Of a DNA stretch of 64,000 nucleotides, positions 55,399 to 64,000 are shown piece after piece. Where the stretch lies: contig DAOPJV010000001.1 in assembly GCA_035399845.1 (NCBI GenBank), positions 45,872 to 109,871 on the forward strand, read 5' to 3'. The position numbers and the translations under genes were made by a program. The notes below the pieces were generated by a model. The model saw nothing but the letters and a program-made list of their open reading frames with translations, had not been told where the DNA came from and searched no databases. Source of the DNA: Phycisphaerae bacterium. Its GTDB lineage: Bacteria; Planctomycetota; Phycisphaerae; UBA1845; UTPLA1. Positions within the stretch are counted from its first letter, which is position 1. The number at the start of each line of letters is the position of its first letter.

Positions 55399-56135
55399 TG
55401 TGTCGCCTCCGCGCGATCGATCGGCTTGTTGAACACGCCGAGGATCATGTGCTGCAGCCCCTCGATGGGGCGGATGACGCGTTCGAGCAGAATGCCGGCG
55501 CGATAGGCGATCGTCGAGAACATCAGGTAGTGCGGATGATGCGGCATGTAGCGCAGCTCATCGACCGTGAAACCCGCGTCGTGGGCCGCACGCTTCAGGG
55601 CCTGCGTCGTGTTGGCGCGATAGTAGGCCGGGAACGTGTCCTCGTGCGCCGTTCCGGAGGCGACGCGATTCGCAATCTGTCGCAGGCTGTGCGGCATCAG
55701 TCGCGCCGCGGCGATCGGCGGGAACCACTGGTTGACAGTCATCACAACGAGCCGGCCGCCGGGCTTCAGCACGCGCCGGCACTCGGCGAACGTTTCCGCC
55801 GGCCGCTCGAGATGCTCGGCGACGTTCGCCATTGCGACGACATCAACACAGGCGTCCTGCAGCGCGATGCAGTGACCGTCGCCGTGAATCAGCCGGGCGT
55901 GGTCGGTCGCCGTGTATCGGCCGGCGACTTCCAGGTCGATGCCGACGCCGCGGGCGAAGGCCTGCGCCATTCGCTTCAGACGCTTTGCTTCGCGGCCGCA
56001 ACCCAGTTCCAGCAGGACGCCGTCGCCGTTGTGACGGCGCATGACGGCGTTCTCGTACTGAATCCCGGGCCATTCGGCGCGGGGATAGTAGCGCTCGCGA
56101 ATCGTTGTGCAGCGTTGTACGGGCGTCGTCGTCAT
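55395..56135 (-). CDS. Class I SAM-dependent methyltransferase
   Basis: LLELGCGRE..., VDVVAMANVAEHL and LKPGGRLVVMT. Its stop overlaps the next gene's ATG. Confidence 0.8.
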   Translation of the reverse strand: MTTTPVQRCTTIRERYYPRAEWPGIQYENAVMRRHNGDGVLLELGCGREAKRLKRMAQAFARGVGIDLEVAGRYTATDHARLIHGDGHCIALQDACVDVVAMANVAEHLERPAETFAECRRVLKPGGRLVVMTVNQWFPPIAAARLMPHSLRQIANRVASGTAHEDTFPAYYRANTTQALKRAAHDAGFTVDELRYMPHHPHYLMFSTIAYRAGILLERVIRPIEGLQHMILGVFNKPIDRAEATQ

Positions 56136-56159
56136 GGGTTCGTCATCTGCGATCGTTCG

Positions 56160-58355
56160 TCAGTCATTCTCACATTCGTCCGTCTCGCGCATCACGTCGT
56201 CGCATCGCACGGGGACCTCCGTCAGCAGGGATGTCGCGATCGCAAAGGTGGCGGCGGTGCACGCCACGGCGTCGCCGAACGGGAGACACGCGTCGCTGCC
56301 GCTGCGAACGGCGTTGATGAACGCCTCCATCTCTGCGGCGTGCCCCTTGCCAGTGGCGCCGGCGCTGAGTTTGCGTGACTTGCCCTTGCTTGTGATCGTC
56401 GCCGTGCGCCAGTTGTCGATGACGGCCGATCGATTCTGGCCGAAGACTTCGACACGTTCCTTGCCGGATGTCGTGTCGCCGTTCGCGACATAGATCAGTG
56501 TGCCGATGGAGCCGTCGCTCAGGCGCAGCGTCGCGACGCAGTTGTCATTCGACTGTCCGGCGAGTCCGCCGACCATCTCGGCGTAGGCGCGCTCAACTGT
56601 CGCGCCGGCGATGAACTGAATGAGATCGACCCAGTGGCAGCCCTCGCTGACGATTCGCCAGCCGCCTTCGTCGGCGTCCTGATACCAGGAGTCGGCCTTG
56701 ATCTCGCCCGCGTTCACGCGGCACACAATCTCGATCGGGCTTCGGGCGCCGGCGAATTCGTCCCGCACGGCGATGGCGAGCGGGCTGAAACGCCGGTTGT
56801 AGCCCGGCATCAGGATCCGGCCGGACGCCGAATGCGCCGCGATCACGTCGCGCAGGTCGACCGGCTTCAGGGCGATCGGTTTCTCAACAAAGACGTGCTT
56901 GCCCGCGCGGAGCGCCTGCGCCGAGAACGCCGCGTGCGTGTCGTGCCGCGTCGCGATGACGACGGCGTGGACGTCGTCGTCCTTCAGAATGTCGTTGATG
57001 TCGCTCGTGCAGTAGTCGAATCCGTGTCTGCTCCCGGCGCTGCGCGCCGAAAGACCGCCCGCCGAGCAGATGCCGCGAAGCGTCGCGCCATGCGCCTTCT
57101 TCAGGGCCGGAATGAGCGTCGCCGTCGCGAAGTTGCCGGCGCCGATGAGACCGATACCGATGTCGCCGTGCGCCTTGGTGTCGCCAACGCGTGAATCTGG
57201 CAGTTCAATGCGCGTCGCGAGCCGGGCGTCGCGCGGGTATTCAAACAGGATCGCGACGCCGGCGTGTCCGCCGCCTTCGTGCAGCCTGCGGTAGGCCTCG
57301 GGCGCCTCGTCAAATGGATAGGTCGTCGGCTTCAGGAGGGAAGGCCGCACGGCGCCGCCCGCCACGAGCCGCAGGAACTCCTCCATGTTGCGGTTCTCCG
57401 TCCAGCGGACGTAGCCGATCGGGTAGTCGATGCCGCGGCGTTCATAGTTGGCGTCGTAACGCCCGGGGCCGTAGGAGCGCGACATGACAACACGCAGCTC
57501 CTTGTCGTAATAAACGCGCCAGTCGGCCTCGACCGGAACCATGCCGACGATGGCGACAGTCCCTCGATCGCGGACGACTTCCCCCGCGAGCGCCATGGGA
57601 TCGTTCGACTTTGTGCTGGCGGCGATGTAGGCGGCGTCAATTCCGGCGCCGTCCGTGAGCTGGCGAATCGTGTCCTTCAGCGCCGGATCGTTGCGATGCA
57701 GGGCCGCCTCGGCGCCGCACTGTCGCGCGAGATCAAGCTTGTCTTCCGCAATGTCCACACCGATGACGCGGCATCCGGCGGCCTTGAGAATCTGAACGCC
57801 GAGCAGACCGACAAGCCCGAGCCCCACGACGAGGACGCTGTCGCCGAGTTTCACATCGGCCTGGCGCACGCCGTGCATGGCGATGGCGCCGACGGTCGTG
57901 AAGGCGGCGTCGCGAAGATCGGTCGCGTCGTTCACGCGCGCGACGAGATTGCGAGGTACGAAGACGAATTCCGCGTGACAGGCGATTCCCTCGCCCGCGC
58001 AGGCGACGAGGTCGCCGACGTGGATGTCGTCGATGCCGGCGCCGACGGCCTCAACGCGGCCCGCCATGCTGTAGCCCAGCGGCGTCAGCGCTTCCAGACG
58101 CTCGCGGACCTTGTTCATGGACTCGACGATACCGACCTGCTTGACGCTCTCGATGACCTGTCGAACCTTGTCGGGCCGGGCGCGGGCCTTTTCGATGAGG
58201 CTCATGCGGGCCTGCTGGACCTTCATGCGCTCCGTGCCCGTGCTGACGAGGGAGTAGCAGGTGCGCACGAGGACGCCGCCGGCGCGGCAGAGCGGCGCAG
58301 GGACATCCTCCAGCGAGAGCGATCCGTCGCGATAATTCTGAACCACCTGCTTCAT
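56160..58355 (-). CDS. Bi-domain oxidoreductase: MDR zinc-type dehydrogenase N-terminal half, Gfo/Idh/MocA C-terminal half
   Basis: The N-terminal half has MKQVVQNYRDGSLSLEDVPAP...SLVSTGTE and the Rossmann motif VLVVGLGLVGLLGVQ. The C-terminal half has IGIGLIGAGNFA...EKP, typical of Gfo/Idh/MocA. The start is at the ATG at 58355, overlapping the upstream stop. Confidence 0.85.
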   Translation of the reverse strand: MKQVVQNYRDGSLSLEDVPAPLCRAGGVLVRTCYSLVSTGTERMKVQQARMSLIEKARARPDKVRQVIESVKQVGIVESMNKVRERLEALTPLGYSMAGRVEAVGAGIDDIHVGDLVACAGEGIACHAEFVFVPRNLVARVNDATDLRDAAFTTVGAIAMHGVRQADVKLGDSVLVVGLGLVGLLGVQILKAAGCRVIGVDIAEDKLDLARQCGAEAALHRNDPALKDTIRQLTDGAGIDAAYIAASTKSNDPMALAGEVVRDRGTVAIVGMVPVEADWRVYYDKELRVVMSRSYGPGRYDANYERRGIDYPIGYVRWTENRNMEEFLRLVAGGAVRPSLLKPTTYPFDEAPEAYRRLHEGGGHAGVAILFEYPRDARLATRIELPDSRVGDTKAHGDIGIGLIGAGNFATATLIPALKKAHGATLRGICSAGGLSARSAGSRHGFDYCTSDINDILKDDDVHAVVIATRHDTHAAFSAQALRAGKHVFVEKPIALKPVDLRDVIAAHSASGRILMPGYNRRFSPLAIAVRDEFAGARSPIEIVCRVNAGEIKADSWYQDADEGGWRIVSEGCHWVDLIQFIAGATVERAYAEMVGGLAGQSNDNCVATLRLSDGSIGTLIYVANGDTTSGKERVEVFGQNRSAVIDNWRTATITSKGKSRKLSAGATGKGHAAEMEAFINAVRSGSDACLPFGDAVACTAATFAIATSLLTEVPVRCDDVMRETDECEND

Positions 58356-59788
58356 GCCGAATGCGCCCCCGCCTCGATTCGCCCAACGTCCGGTATGCGC
58401 TGGTCGACGAACGTCGTCTTTCCGCGATGCGTCAGTTCTATTTCGTCGCAAAGCGCGACGTCGAACACGATCCGTCCTTCGAGTTTTCGGTCCAGGCTTC
58501 GCTTGATCTCGCGCGTCCGGGAAGAATCAAACCCTGCCCCCGGAACGAGACGCAGCGTGGCCACGCCCGGCGTCGTCTGCCGGAACTGAAATCGCAGCAC
58601 GCCGTCGAACGTGCGATCGTGCATGTTGACGGCCGTCCAGCTGATCTCGGCGCCGTCGGCGCAGATGAGCATTTCCTGCGTGCGATGCCCCTGGATGTCG
58701 GCGAGCAACATGTGATCTCGGCCACAGGCCTCGCAGCGCAACCCCGCCAGCGTCGCAAAGTCGCCGGTGCGATAACGGATGAACGGCATGACGCGATTGA
58801 TGAAGCCAGTGCCGACGATCTCGCCGCGCTGGCCGATCGTCGTGACCGGCCGGCCCGCTTCGTCGAGCAGTTCGCAGTGGCCGTAGGTCGGCCAGACGTG
58901 ATAGAGCGACGAATGCTCGCACTCGGCCGCGAGGACGAGCTTTTCGGAGTGACCGTACCAGGAGTAGTAGCGCAGTCCCGTCAGTCGTTCCGTCGCTTCG
59001 CGATCGGTCTCGTAGACGATTTCCGATCCGGCCAGAATGCCGCGAACGTTGCCGGGAAGCCGTCGCTTTGCGCGCTGCAGGTAGCGCGTCAGTGTCGCCA
59101 TCGACGACGGATAAACATGGAGATGGCAGTCGCCGATCGTCGCGAGATGATCGAGGTAGCGATCCATGTTGTCGTCCGTCATATGGAAGTTGCTGTAGTA
59201 ATGACGGCGCAGGATCGGATCGAAGGTGTGACGCAGGCCCGTCCGATCCGGCGCGACGACCTGGCCGCGGAAGACGGCCTGCGTGTCGTTCGGACCAAAG
59301 CCGGCGCGACGCCAGCCGGCGACGAGATAGGCGTACTCGATGGCCGAGCGATCGGCGCCGATGTGGAAGCCCATGGGAGCGCCGCCGGAGCCCCCCGTCG
59401 TGACGTAGTCGACGCCCGGGGTGTTCTTCGACTGCGTCAGCATCGTGTCGCCGTGTTCCCGGATCGTGGACTTGTCAATCGTTGGCAGGCGACTCAGATC
59501 GTCGAGCGACTTCAGGTCCGCCGCGTCGAAGCCGGCGTCGGCAAAGTGTCGCGTGTAGAACGGCGATCGGTCAGCGGCGAGGCGAAGGATGTCGCGAAGT
59601 CGCTCCAGCGTCCACGCGTCCGCCTTGTCCCGCGACCAGTGCTGCGACGCCTCGGCAAAGGCGAGCTGTTCGCGGAAGGCGCGACCCAGCCAGAATGTCG
59701 GCGGAGCGACGCTCAACGCGGCGCCGAGCGCTCGCTTCACGCGAGTCGGTGTCTTCTCCCAGAGATTCTTGCGCGAGAGGGCGCTCAT
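58352..59788 (-). CDS. Adenylate-forming enzyme, PaaK/CapK (F390-synthetase-like) family
   Basis: TTGGSGGAPMGF (a P-loop-like AMP-binding motif), ...YGHSE..., and GEIVGTGFINRVMPFIRYRTGD. The start at the ATG at 59788 overlaps the upstream stop as ATGA. Confidence 0.75.
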   Translation of the reverse strand: MSALSRKNLWEKTPTRVKRALGAALSVAPPTFWLGRAFREQLAFAEASQHWSRDKADAWTLERLRDILRLAADRSPFYTRHFADAGFDAADLKSLDDLSRLPTIDKSTIREHGDTMLTQSKNTPGVDYVTTGGSGGAPMGFHIGADRSAIEYAYLVAGWRRAGFGPNDTQAVFRGQVVAPDRTGLRHTFDPILRRHYYSNFHMTDDNMDRYLDHLATIGDCHLHVYPSSMATLTRYLQRAKRRLPGNVRGILAGSEIVYETDREATERLTGLRYYSWYGHSEKLVLAAECEHSSLYHVWPTYGHCELLDEAGRPVTTIGQRGEIVGTGFINRVMPFIRYRTGDFATLAGLRCEACGRDHMLLADIQGHRTQEMLICADGAEISWTAVNMHDRTFDGVLRFQFRQTTPGVATLRLVPGAGFDSSRTREIKRSLDRKLEGRIVFDVALCDEIELTHRGKTTFVDQRIPDVGRIEAGAHSA

Positions 59789-61119
59789 GACTTGGCCCCC
59801 GACAGCGCGTGATTGGAGATGCCCGGCGGCTCGTTCGGCTCGCGATTGGACTTGCCGACGAGCGCCCGATACATCGACGCGATCGGCGCCGTCGCCAACG
59901 GCAGCAGCGCCATGACGATCGGAAGGCTGAACCGCGACGAATGCACGATCACAACGGCGTAGAGCAGCATGAACGCCAGAACAAGAATGGCGATCAGCTC
60001 GGCGCTCGCCGTTTCTCGACGATGGAGTTCGCGCCAACCGACAAGCGCGAGAAGCAGCGTTGCGATATTCACGACGCCGTTCCCGAGCGACTTCATCGGG
60101 CTTGACGAGAAATACCAGAATCGCGCGCTGTTGATGGCGATCTTGCGGAACAGCAGCGTCGGGTTCTCGCGGAACATCCCGATCGCGGCGCGGCCGTAGG
60201 TCTGATCGATGGTGCGCGGCACGTCGAGATGACCGTCGGTATCCAGGGCGCCGAGGTCGATCGCGATGCTGTCATGCTCACGCAGATAGTCCACGGCCGC
60301 GTTGCGGGCGTACTTCAGGCTGGCGTCGCAGTCCCCGCCCCGATCGATCATGAAGTTGCCGAGCAGCAGGTTGAATCCGCCGCCGCCCGACACGGGGGTG
60401 AAGGCGCCCGTCGCGTTGTAGTTTCGAAGCGTCCATACGCCGACGAAGGCGACGCCCAGCGTCATGGCCACGATCGACTGCGGCAACGCGCGGCGATTGC
60501 GAACCGCGGCGAAGACACAGACGAGCGGCGCCATCGGGAGGATGACAGCCTTGGTCAGCGCCGTGAGGGCGAAGGCGGCGGCCGTTCCGAGACTCTGCGG
60601 CCAACGCGGCGTTCGCATGAGGGCGATGAGCCCCCAGAGATAAAGCGCGATCGTCAGCGTGAGGAATGTGTCGGAAAAGCTGTTGGCGCAGTAGTAGATC
60701 GATAGCGGGAAGAGAACGATCGGCGCCGCCCACGCGGGCGTGACGCGTTCCGCGAAAAGGCGTCGCGCCAGCAGGAAAATGACAACACACGCCGCGGACG
60801 ACGCCAGGCAGTTCACGATGAGGATCGCGCGGGCGGCGTCACCGACAATGGCGTAGGCGATGGCGAGGACGGCGGGGTACGCGGGTCCGCGATAACTCGT
60901 CGGCGGCGCGTCCGCCGCGAAGGCGTAGACGCCATGATCGACGAGGTTCACGGCGAGATCGATGTAACCGTCTGTGGACGTGAAGAAGTCGCTCCGATTG
61001 GGGCCGATGTTCAGATGGAGCAGCGGTATGGCGACAAAACAGAAGACCGCGCGCACGATCAGCGCTGCCAGGAAGACCCAGACGAGTTGACGCCGATTGG
61101 TTCGCGATTCGGTTCGCAT
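59785..61119 (-). CDS. Membrane glycosyltransferase, GT39/ArnT-like (PMT_2)
   Basis: It has 10 or more TM helices. The N-terminal RRQLVWVFLAALIVRAVFCFVAIPLL...SDFFTSTDGY is typical of ArnT/PMT-type enzymes. The ATG at 61119 is preferred over the track's TTG at 61143. Confidence 0.65.
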   Translation of the reverse strand: MRTESRTNRRQLVWVFLAALIVRAVFCFVAIPLLHLNIGPNRSDFFTSTDGYIDLAVNLVDHGVYAFAADAPPTSYRGPAYPAVLAIAYAIVGDAARAILIVNCLASSAACVVIFLLARRLFAERVTPAWAAPIVLFPLSIYYCANSFSDTFLTLTIALYLWGLIALMRTPRWPQSLGTAAAFALTALTKAVILPMAPLVCVFAAVRNRRALPQSIVAMTLGVAFVGVWTLRNYNATGAFTPVSGGGGFNLLLGNFMIDRGGDCDASLKYARNAAVDYLREHDSIAIDLGALDTDGHLDVPRTIDQTYGRAAIGMFRENPTLLFRKIAINSARFWYFSSSPMKSLGNGVVNIATLLLALVGWRELHRRETASAELIAILVLAFMLLYAVVIVHSSRFSLPIVMALLPLATAPIASMYRALVGKSNREPNEPPGISNHALSGAKS

Positions 61120-61123
61120 CGTC

Positions 61124-62452
61124 TTATCGATCGCTCCCGGCAACGGCGCCCGTCAGCGGCGCTTCGGGTTTTGCCGATTGGTTGGTTCGCGCCGTCCTGC
61201 GCGAGGCGTCATCGTTGGAAAGGCCGCTGAGCGCCACAGACCACTTGGCGGCGACCGCCGCCGTCGATGCAAACTCGGTCACGATTCTGCGCCCGTTGGC
61301 GCCCATGCGCGCGAGTGTCGCATCATCGTCGAGCAGGGCGTCGAGCTTCGTCGCCGCCGTATCGTATTGCTCCGGATCGATCACGACGCCCGTGCCGCCT
61401 TCACGCAGCAGGTTCGTCAGTTCGCCGACATCCGGCGCCGCGACGGCGAGTTCCGCCGACATCGCCTCCATCATGGCGATTGACTGGCCCTCACTCGCGG
61501 ACGTCAGAATGAAGATGCGGGCCTGCGGCAGCAGATTGGCGACGTCGTTGCGCCGGCCCATGAATCGCACGTTGTCAGAGACGCCCAGTTCGGCCGCCAG
61601 GGTTTCGAGTTCGCCGCGAAGGGGGCCTTCGCCGACGATCGCGCAGCCGATGTTGGGTCGGCGTCCGACCAGTTCGGCGACAATTCGCAGCAGTCGGTCG
61701 TATCGCTTGACTTCCACGAGTCGACCGACGCTGATGAGTTCGTATTCCGCGCGCTGTGGCGCCGCGGAGGCAAAGCGCTCCGTATCGATGCCGGCGGGAA
61801 TGATCGCCGTGCGCCCTTCGGCGCCGAGCGAACGCATGTAGCGGAGCCCCAGCTCGCCGCGAACGATGACAAGATCGAACTGTCGAGCCAGGCGCTGCAT
61901 GAGGCGCTCACGAATGCGGCCGCTCTTACGCTGACGTCGCAACAGTGTGTTCTCGCTTCCCACGCCGCCGCCGATGAGCTGAATGGGGCCACCGGTCATC
62001 TGATAGGCGCACTGTCGGCCGAGCATCCGGGCGACGATGAGGCAGATGAGGGCGTTGGGCATGATGTGATAGCCCATGAGCAGATCGCATCGATCGGCGC
62101 GCGCCGCCCCGAAGACCTGCAGAAGGCGCGCCAGTGTTCGCCCGAAGATGCGCGTGCGCGTTCGGGAAGGAATGGCGTAGGTGACGCCCGGCGACGGTCG
62201 AAGCGCCTTATCCGTGACGACAGTGATGTGCTCGACGCTGTCGCAGGCGAGCAGCGGGGCAATGTGAGCGTCGAACCAGGCGTCGTTGTAGAACGTGCCG
62301 ACGAGCATCAGGCGACGGCGATTCGTGTCGGGAGGGGCGGCGGGGCGGTGAAGGCGACGCGCGGCGGCGCTGACGACGGCCGTCGCTGAGAGGATCAGCG
62401 TGACGGCGAGTCGAGCGGCGATCGATTCGATGGTTCGCAGCGTTGCGTGCAT
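61124..62452 (-). CDS. Glycosyltransferase family 4 (GT-B, group 1)
   Basis: LISVGRLVEVKRYDRLL...VGEGPLRGELE...VRFMGRRNDVANLLPQARIFILTSASEGQSIAMMEAM carries the E-x7-E region. The start is uncertain (62452 or 62524). Confidence 0.8.
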   Translation of the reverse strand: MHATLRTIESIAARLAVTLILSATAVVSAAARRLHRPAAPPDTNRRRLMLVGTFYNDAWFDAHIAPLLACDSVEHITVVTDKALRPSPGVTYAIPSRTRTRIFGRTLARLLQVFGAARADRCDLLMGYHIMPNALICLIVARMLGRQCAYQMTGGPIQLIGGGVGSENTLLRRQRKSGRIRERLMQRLARQFDLVIVRGELGLRYMRSLGAEGRTAIIPAGIDTERFASAAPQRAEYELISVGRLVEVKRYDRLLRIVAELVGRRPNIGCAIVGEGPLRGELETLAAELGVSDNVRFMGRRNDVANLLPQARIFILTSASEGQSIAMMEAMSAELAVAAPDVGELTNLLREGGTGVVIDPEQYDTAATKLDALLDDDATLARMGANGRRIVTEFASTAAVAAKWSVALSGLSNDDASRRTARTNQSAKPEAPLTGAVAGSDR

Positions 62453-62535
62453 GGTTGCCCAGGGCGTCTCGCCTCGTTCCCGTGTTTCGTGTCGGCCTTT
62501 GTCGTCATTGCCGGCTCGCGTCATTCGCCGTGATG

Positions 62536-63903
62536 TCAGATATGCCGGAGCACGTCAGAAATCGTGTACAGGTGCTTGCCGCCGGGCCGCTTCGGAATGC
62601 TGTCCACGATGTGCAGCGCGACATTGAACTGGCTCTGATAGTCCTCGCTGATCTTCCTGCACGACGCCGCGAGATAGTCGCGACGTTCCTGTGTCAGTGT
62701 TCCGTCCGGCACGACGTACAGATCGATGTGATCGGCCGTCGTCTGATGGAACTGATAGCTTTTGAATCCTTCCTGGTAGTAGAAGTAGTACAGGAAGTAG
62801 GTGCCGTTCACGATGCGACCGTCCGGCGTGATGAAGTTGTTGCACACGCGACCCCGGCAGCCTGTCATCAGCGGTAGGGCGCGACCGCACGGGCAGGCGC
62901 CGTCGATCGGCGACGCTTCATCGCCGCCGCGATAGCGGAACAGCGGCATCGCCTCGTTATCGAGTGGCGTCACGACAATCGCGTTCAGATCGCCGCCCAC
63001 TTCGCTGACGGGCGCGAATTCCACGAGGTTGACGTCGGCGTAGATGTGATGACCGCCCTCGGGGCACTGCATCGAGATCGACAGAACCTCTCGGCTGCCA
63101 TAGCGATCGTAGACGTTGGCGCCAAAGACGTCGCCGAGCGTCTTTCGATGCTGCGGCGTCTGCTGTTCAGAGGTCGTGCTGACGGCGCGGACGCTCGGCC
63201 AGTCTGTCAGGCCGTTGTCCCGCGCGAACTCGGCGACTGTCACGCAGCTCGTCGTGTAGCCGTGAACGTGGACGGGATTCAGCTTGCGCGCCTGGATGAG
63301 CTGATCCCGCATCTTCGCCGGATCCAGATGAAACGCGTCGAGAATGTAGCCATTTTCCAGCCACGCCCGCGCGCCACGGAAGAGTCGCGTCTTGCGCGTC
63401 ATGTGGGCGCCGTGCGCCTGGATCGACAGGTAAGGTTCGCCGGGCTGCACGCCCATCCATGCGCGCGATCGGTACTCCATCGCGGCGTGAAGCTGACGAT
63501 AGTGGCGCGTCTGGTAGAAGTTGATCTGCATGCCCGTCGAGCCGCTGGACGTCTCGTGGACCACATCGCCCTGCGGCAGGTGCGTTGACCGCATGCGCTT
63601 CCAGTTGGCGCGGATTTCATCCTTTGTGAGGACGGGCAGCTTGGCGAGTTCGACAAACGGATCGCCGGCGTTCGGGTTGACGCCGAACTCCGAGAACCTG
63701 GCGGTCCAGTAGGGATTGTGTTCGCGACACATGCGAAAGAGCGACGTCAGCCGTTCGGCCTGATGGGCGCGGATCTGATCCAGCGTCCATGTGTCGCGTT
63801 CCAGGACCTTGTCCAGAAGCGCGAAGCGCGCGTCGCGCACGAGCGCGTAGGCGGCCGGAAGAACCACGCCCCTGCGCACCTTGCTTGCCATCGTCGTCGT
63901 CAT
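62536..63903 (-). CDS. Adenylate-forming enzyme, PaaK/CapK (F390-synthetase-like) family, second copy
   Basis: ETSSGSTGMQINFY, ...YGSREV..., and AIVVTPLDNEAMPLFRYRGGD. Its ATG overlaps the upstream stop as ATGA. Confidence 0.75.
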   Translation of the reverse strand: MTTTMASKVRRGVVLPAAYALVRDARFALLDKVLERDTWTLDQIRAHQAERLTSLFRMCREHNPYWTARFSEFGVNPNAGDPFVELAKLPVLTKDEIRANWKRMRSTHLPQGDVVHETSSGSTGMQINFYQTRHYRQLHAAMEYRSRAWMGVQPGEPYLSIQAHGAHMTRKTRLFRGARAWLENGYILDAFHLDPAKMRDQLIQARKLNPVHVHGYTTSCVTVAEFARDNGLTDWPSVRAVSTTSEQQTPQHRKTLGDVFGANVYDRYGSREVLSISMQCPEGGHHIYADVNLVEFAPVSEVGGDLNAIVVTPLDNEAMPLFRYRGGDEASPIDGACPCGRALPLMTGCRGRVCNNFITPDGRIVNGTYFLYYFYYQEGFKSYQFHQTTADHIDLYVVPDGTLTQERRDYLAASCRKISEDYQSQFNVALHIVDSIPKRPGGKHLYTISDVLRHI

Positions 63904-64000
63904 GCGTTCTTCCCCGCTCCCGATCGTCCCGCGACCTTCGCGGCGCCTTTTGCGCGCAGCGCGTCGAGGTACACCTCGCCGGTCCTTCGCCCGAGGGCCT
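63900..64000 (-). CDS. 3' end of an upstream operon gene (partial, unknown product)
   Basis: The open reverse frame ...ALGRRTGEVYLDALRAKGAAKVAGRSGAGKNA* ends in a TGA that overlaps the ATG at 63903. It is too short to assign. Confidence 0.3.
   Translation of the reverse strand, partial: ALGRRTGEVYLDALRAKGAAKVAGRSGAGKNA

Overview
High-GC bacterial chromosome segment. Gene content suggests a Planctomycetota/PVC-like organism: ECF sigma factors paired with Ser/Thr kinases, many dockerin-tagged exoproteins, and a PEP-CTERM protein. This assignment is inference only.

Layout:
- 0-12 kb: a partial OprB-type porin, a cytochrome c'-like protein, an ECF sigma with a zinc-anti-sigma::Ser/Thr-kinase fusion, a large secreted protein with a copper-site-less cupredoxin fold, a saccharopine-dehydrogenase-like enzyme, an RCK K+ channel, a GT2/GT21 glycosyltransferase and a dimeric dUTPase.
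- 12.2-14.6 kb: three small cassettes delimited by a ~70-bp repeat, downstream of mfd.
- 18.4-25.6 kb: two paralogous giant metzincin exoproteins.
- 26.7-35.2 kb: an ~8.5-kb integrative element in tRNA-Val(TAC), bounded by a 22-bp att repeat. It carries an integrase, an AlpA-like HTH protein, a Toprim/P-loop primase-helicase, an iteron cluster, a small-terminase-like HTH protein and an exonuclease-BRCT protein.
- 35.3-36.7 kb and 44.7-46.3 kb: ~245-bp tandem repeats bracketing small A/T-richer genes.
- 36.7-44.7 kb: a second ECF sigma/kinase pair, placed divergently from two dockerin-tagged exoproteins.
- 47-50.6 kb: mutY and small secreted paralogs.
- 50.6-64 kb: a co-directional, translationally coupled polysaccharide operon (flippase, sulfotransferase, Wzy-like protein, two methyltransferases, a bi-domain oxidoreductase, two CapK/PaaK-like ligases, GT39-like and GT4).

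Most notable observations:
- The integrase reading frame continues in phase across the att core into the far end of the island, so integration would swap its C-terminus.
- A modular repeat family lies immediately 3' of reverse-strand genes at all seven loci where it occurs (eight core copies).
- Cassette-like, A/T-richer genes sit inside those repeats.
- The integrative element has a satellite-like architecture with candidate ori iterons.

Limits: everything comes from reading the sequence and from motif recall. No searches or computations were run. The ORF track reports the longest ATG/GTG/TTG ORFs, so I re-picked many start codons.
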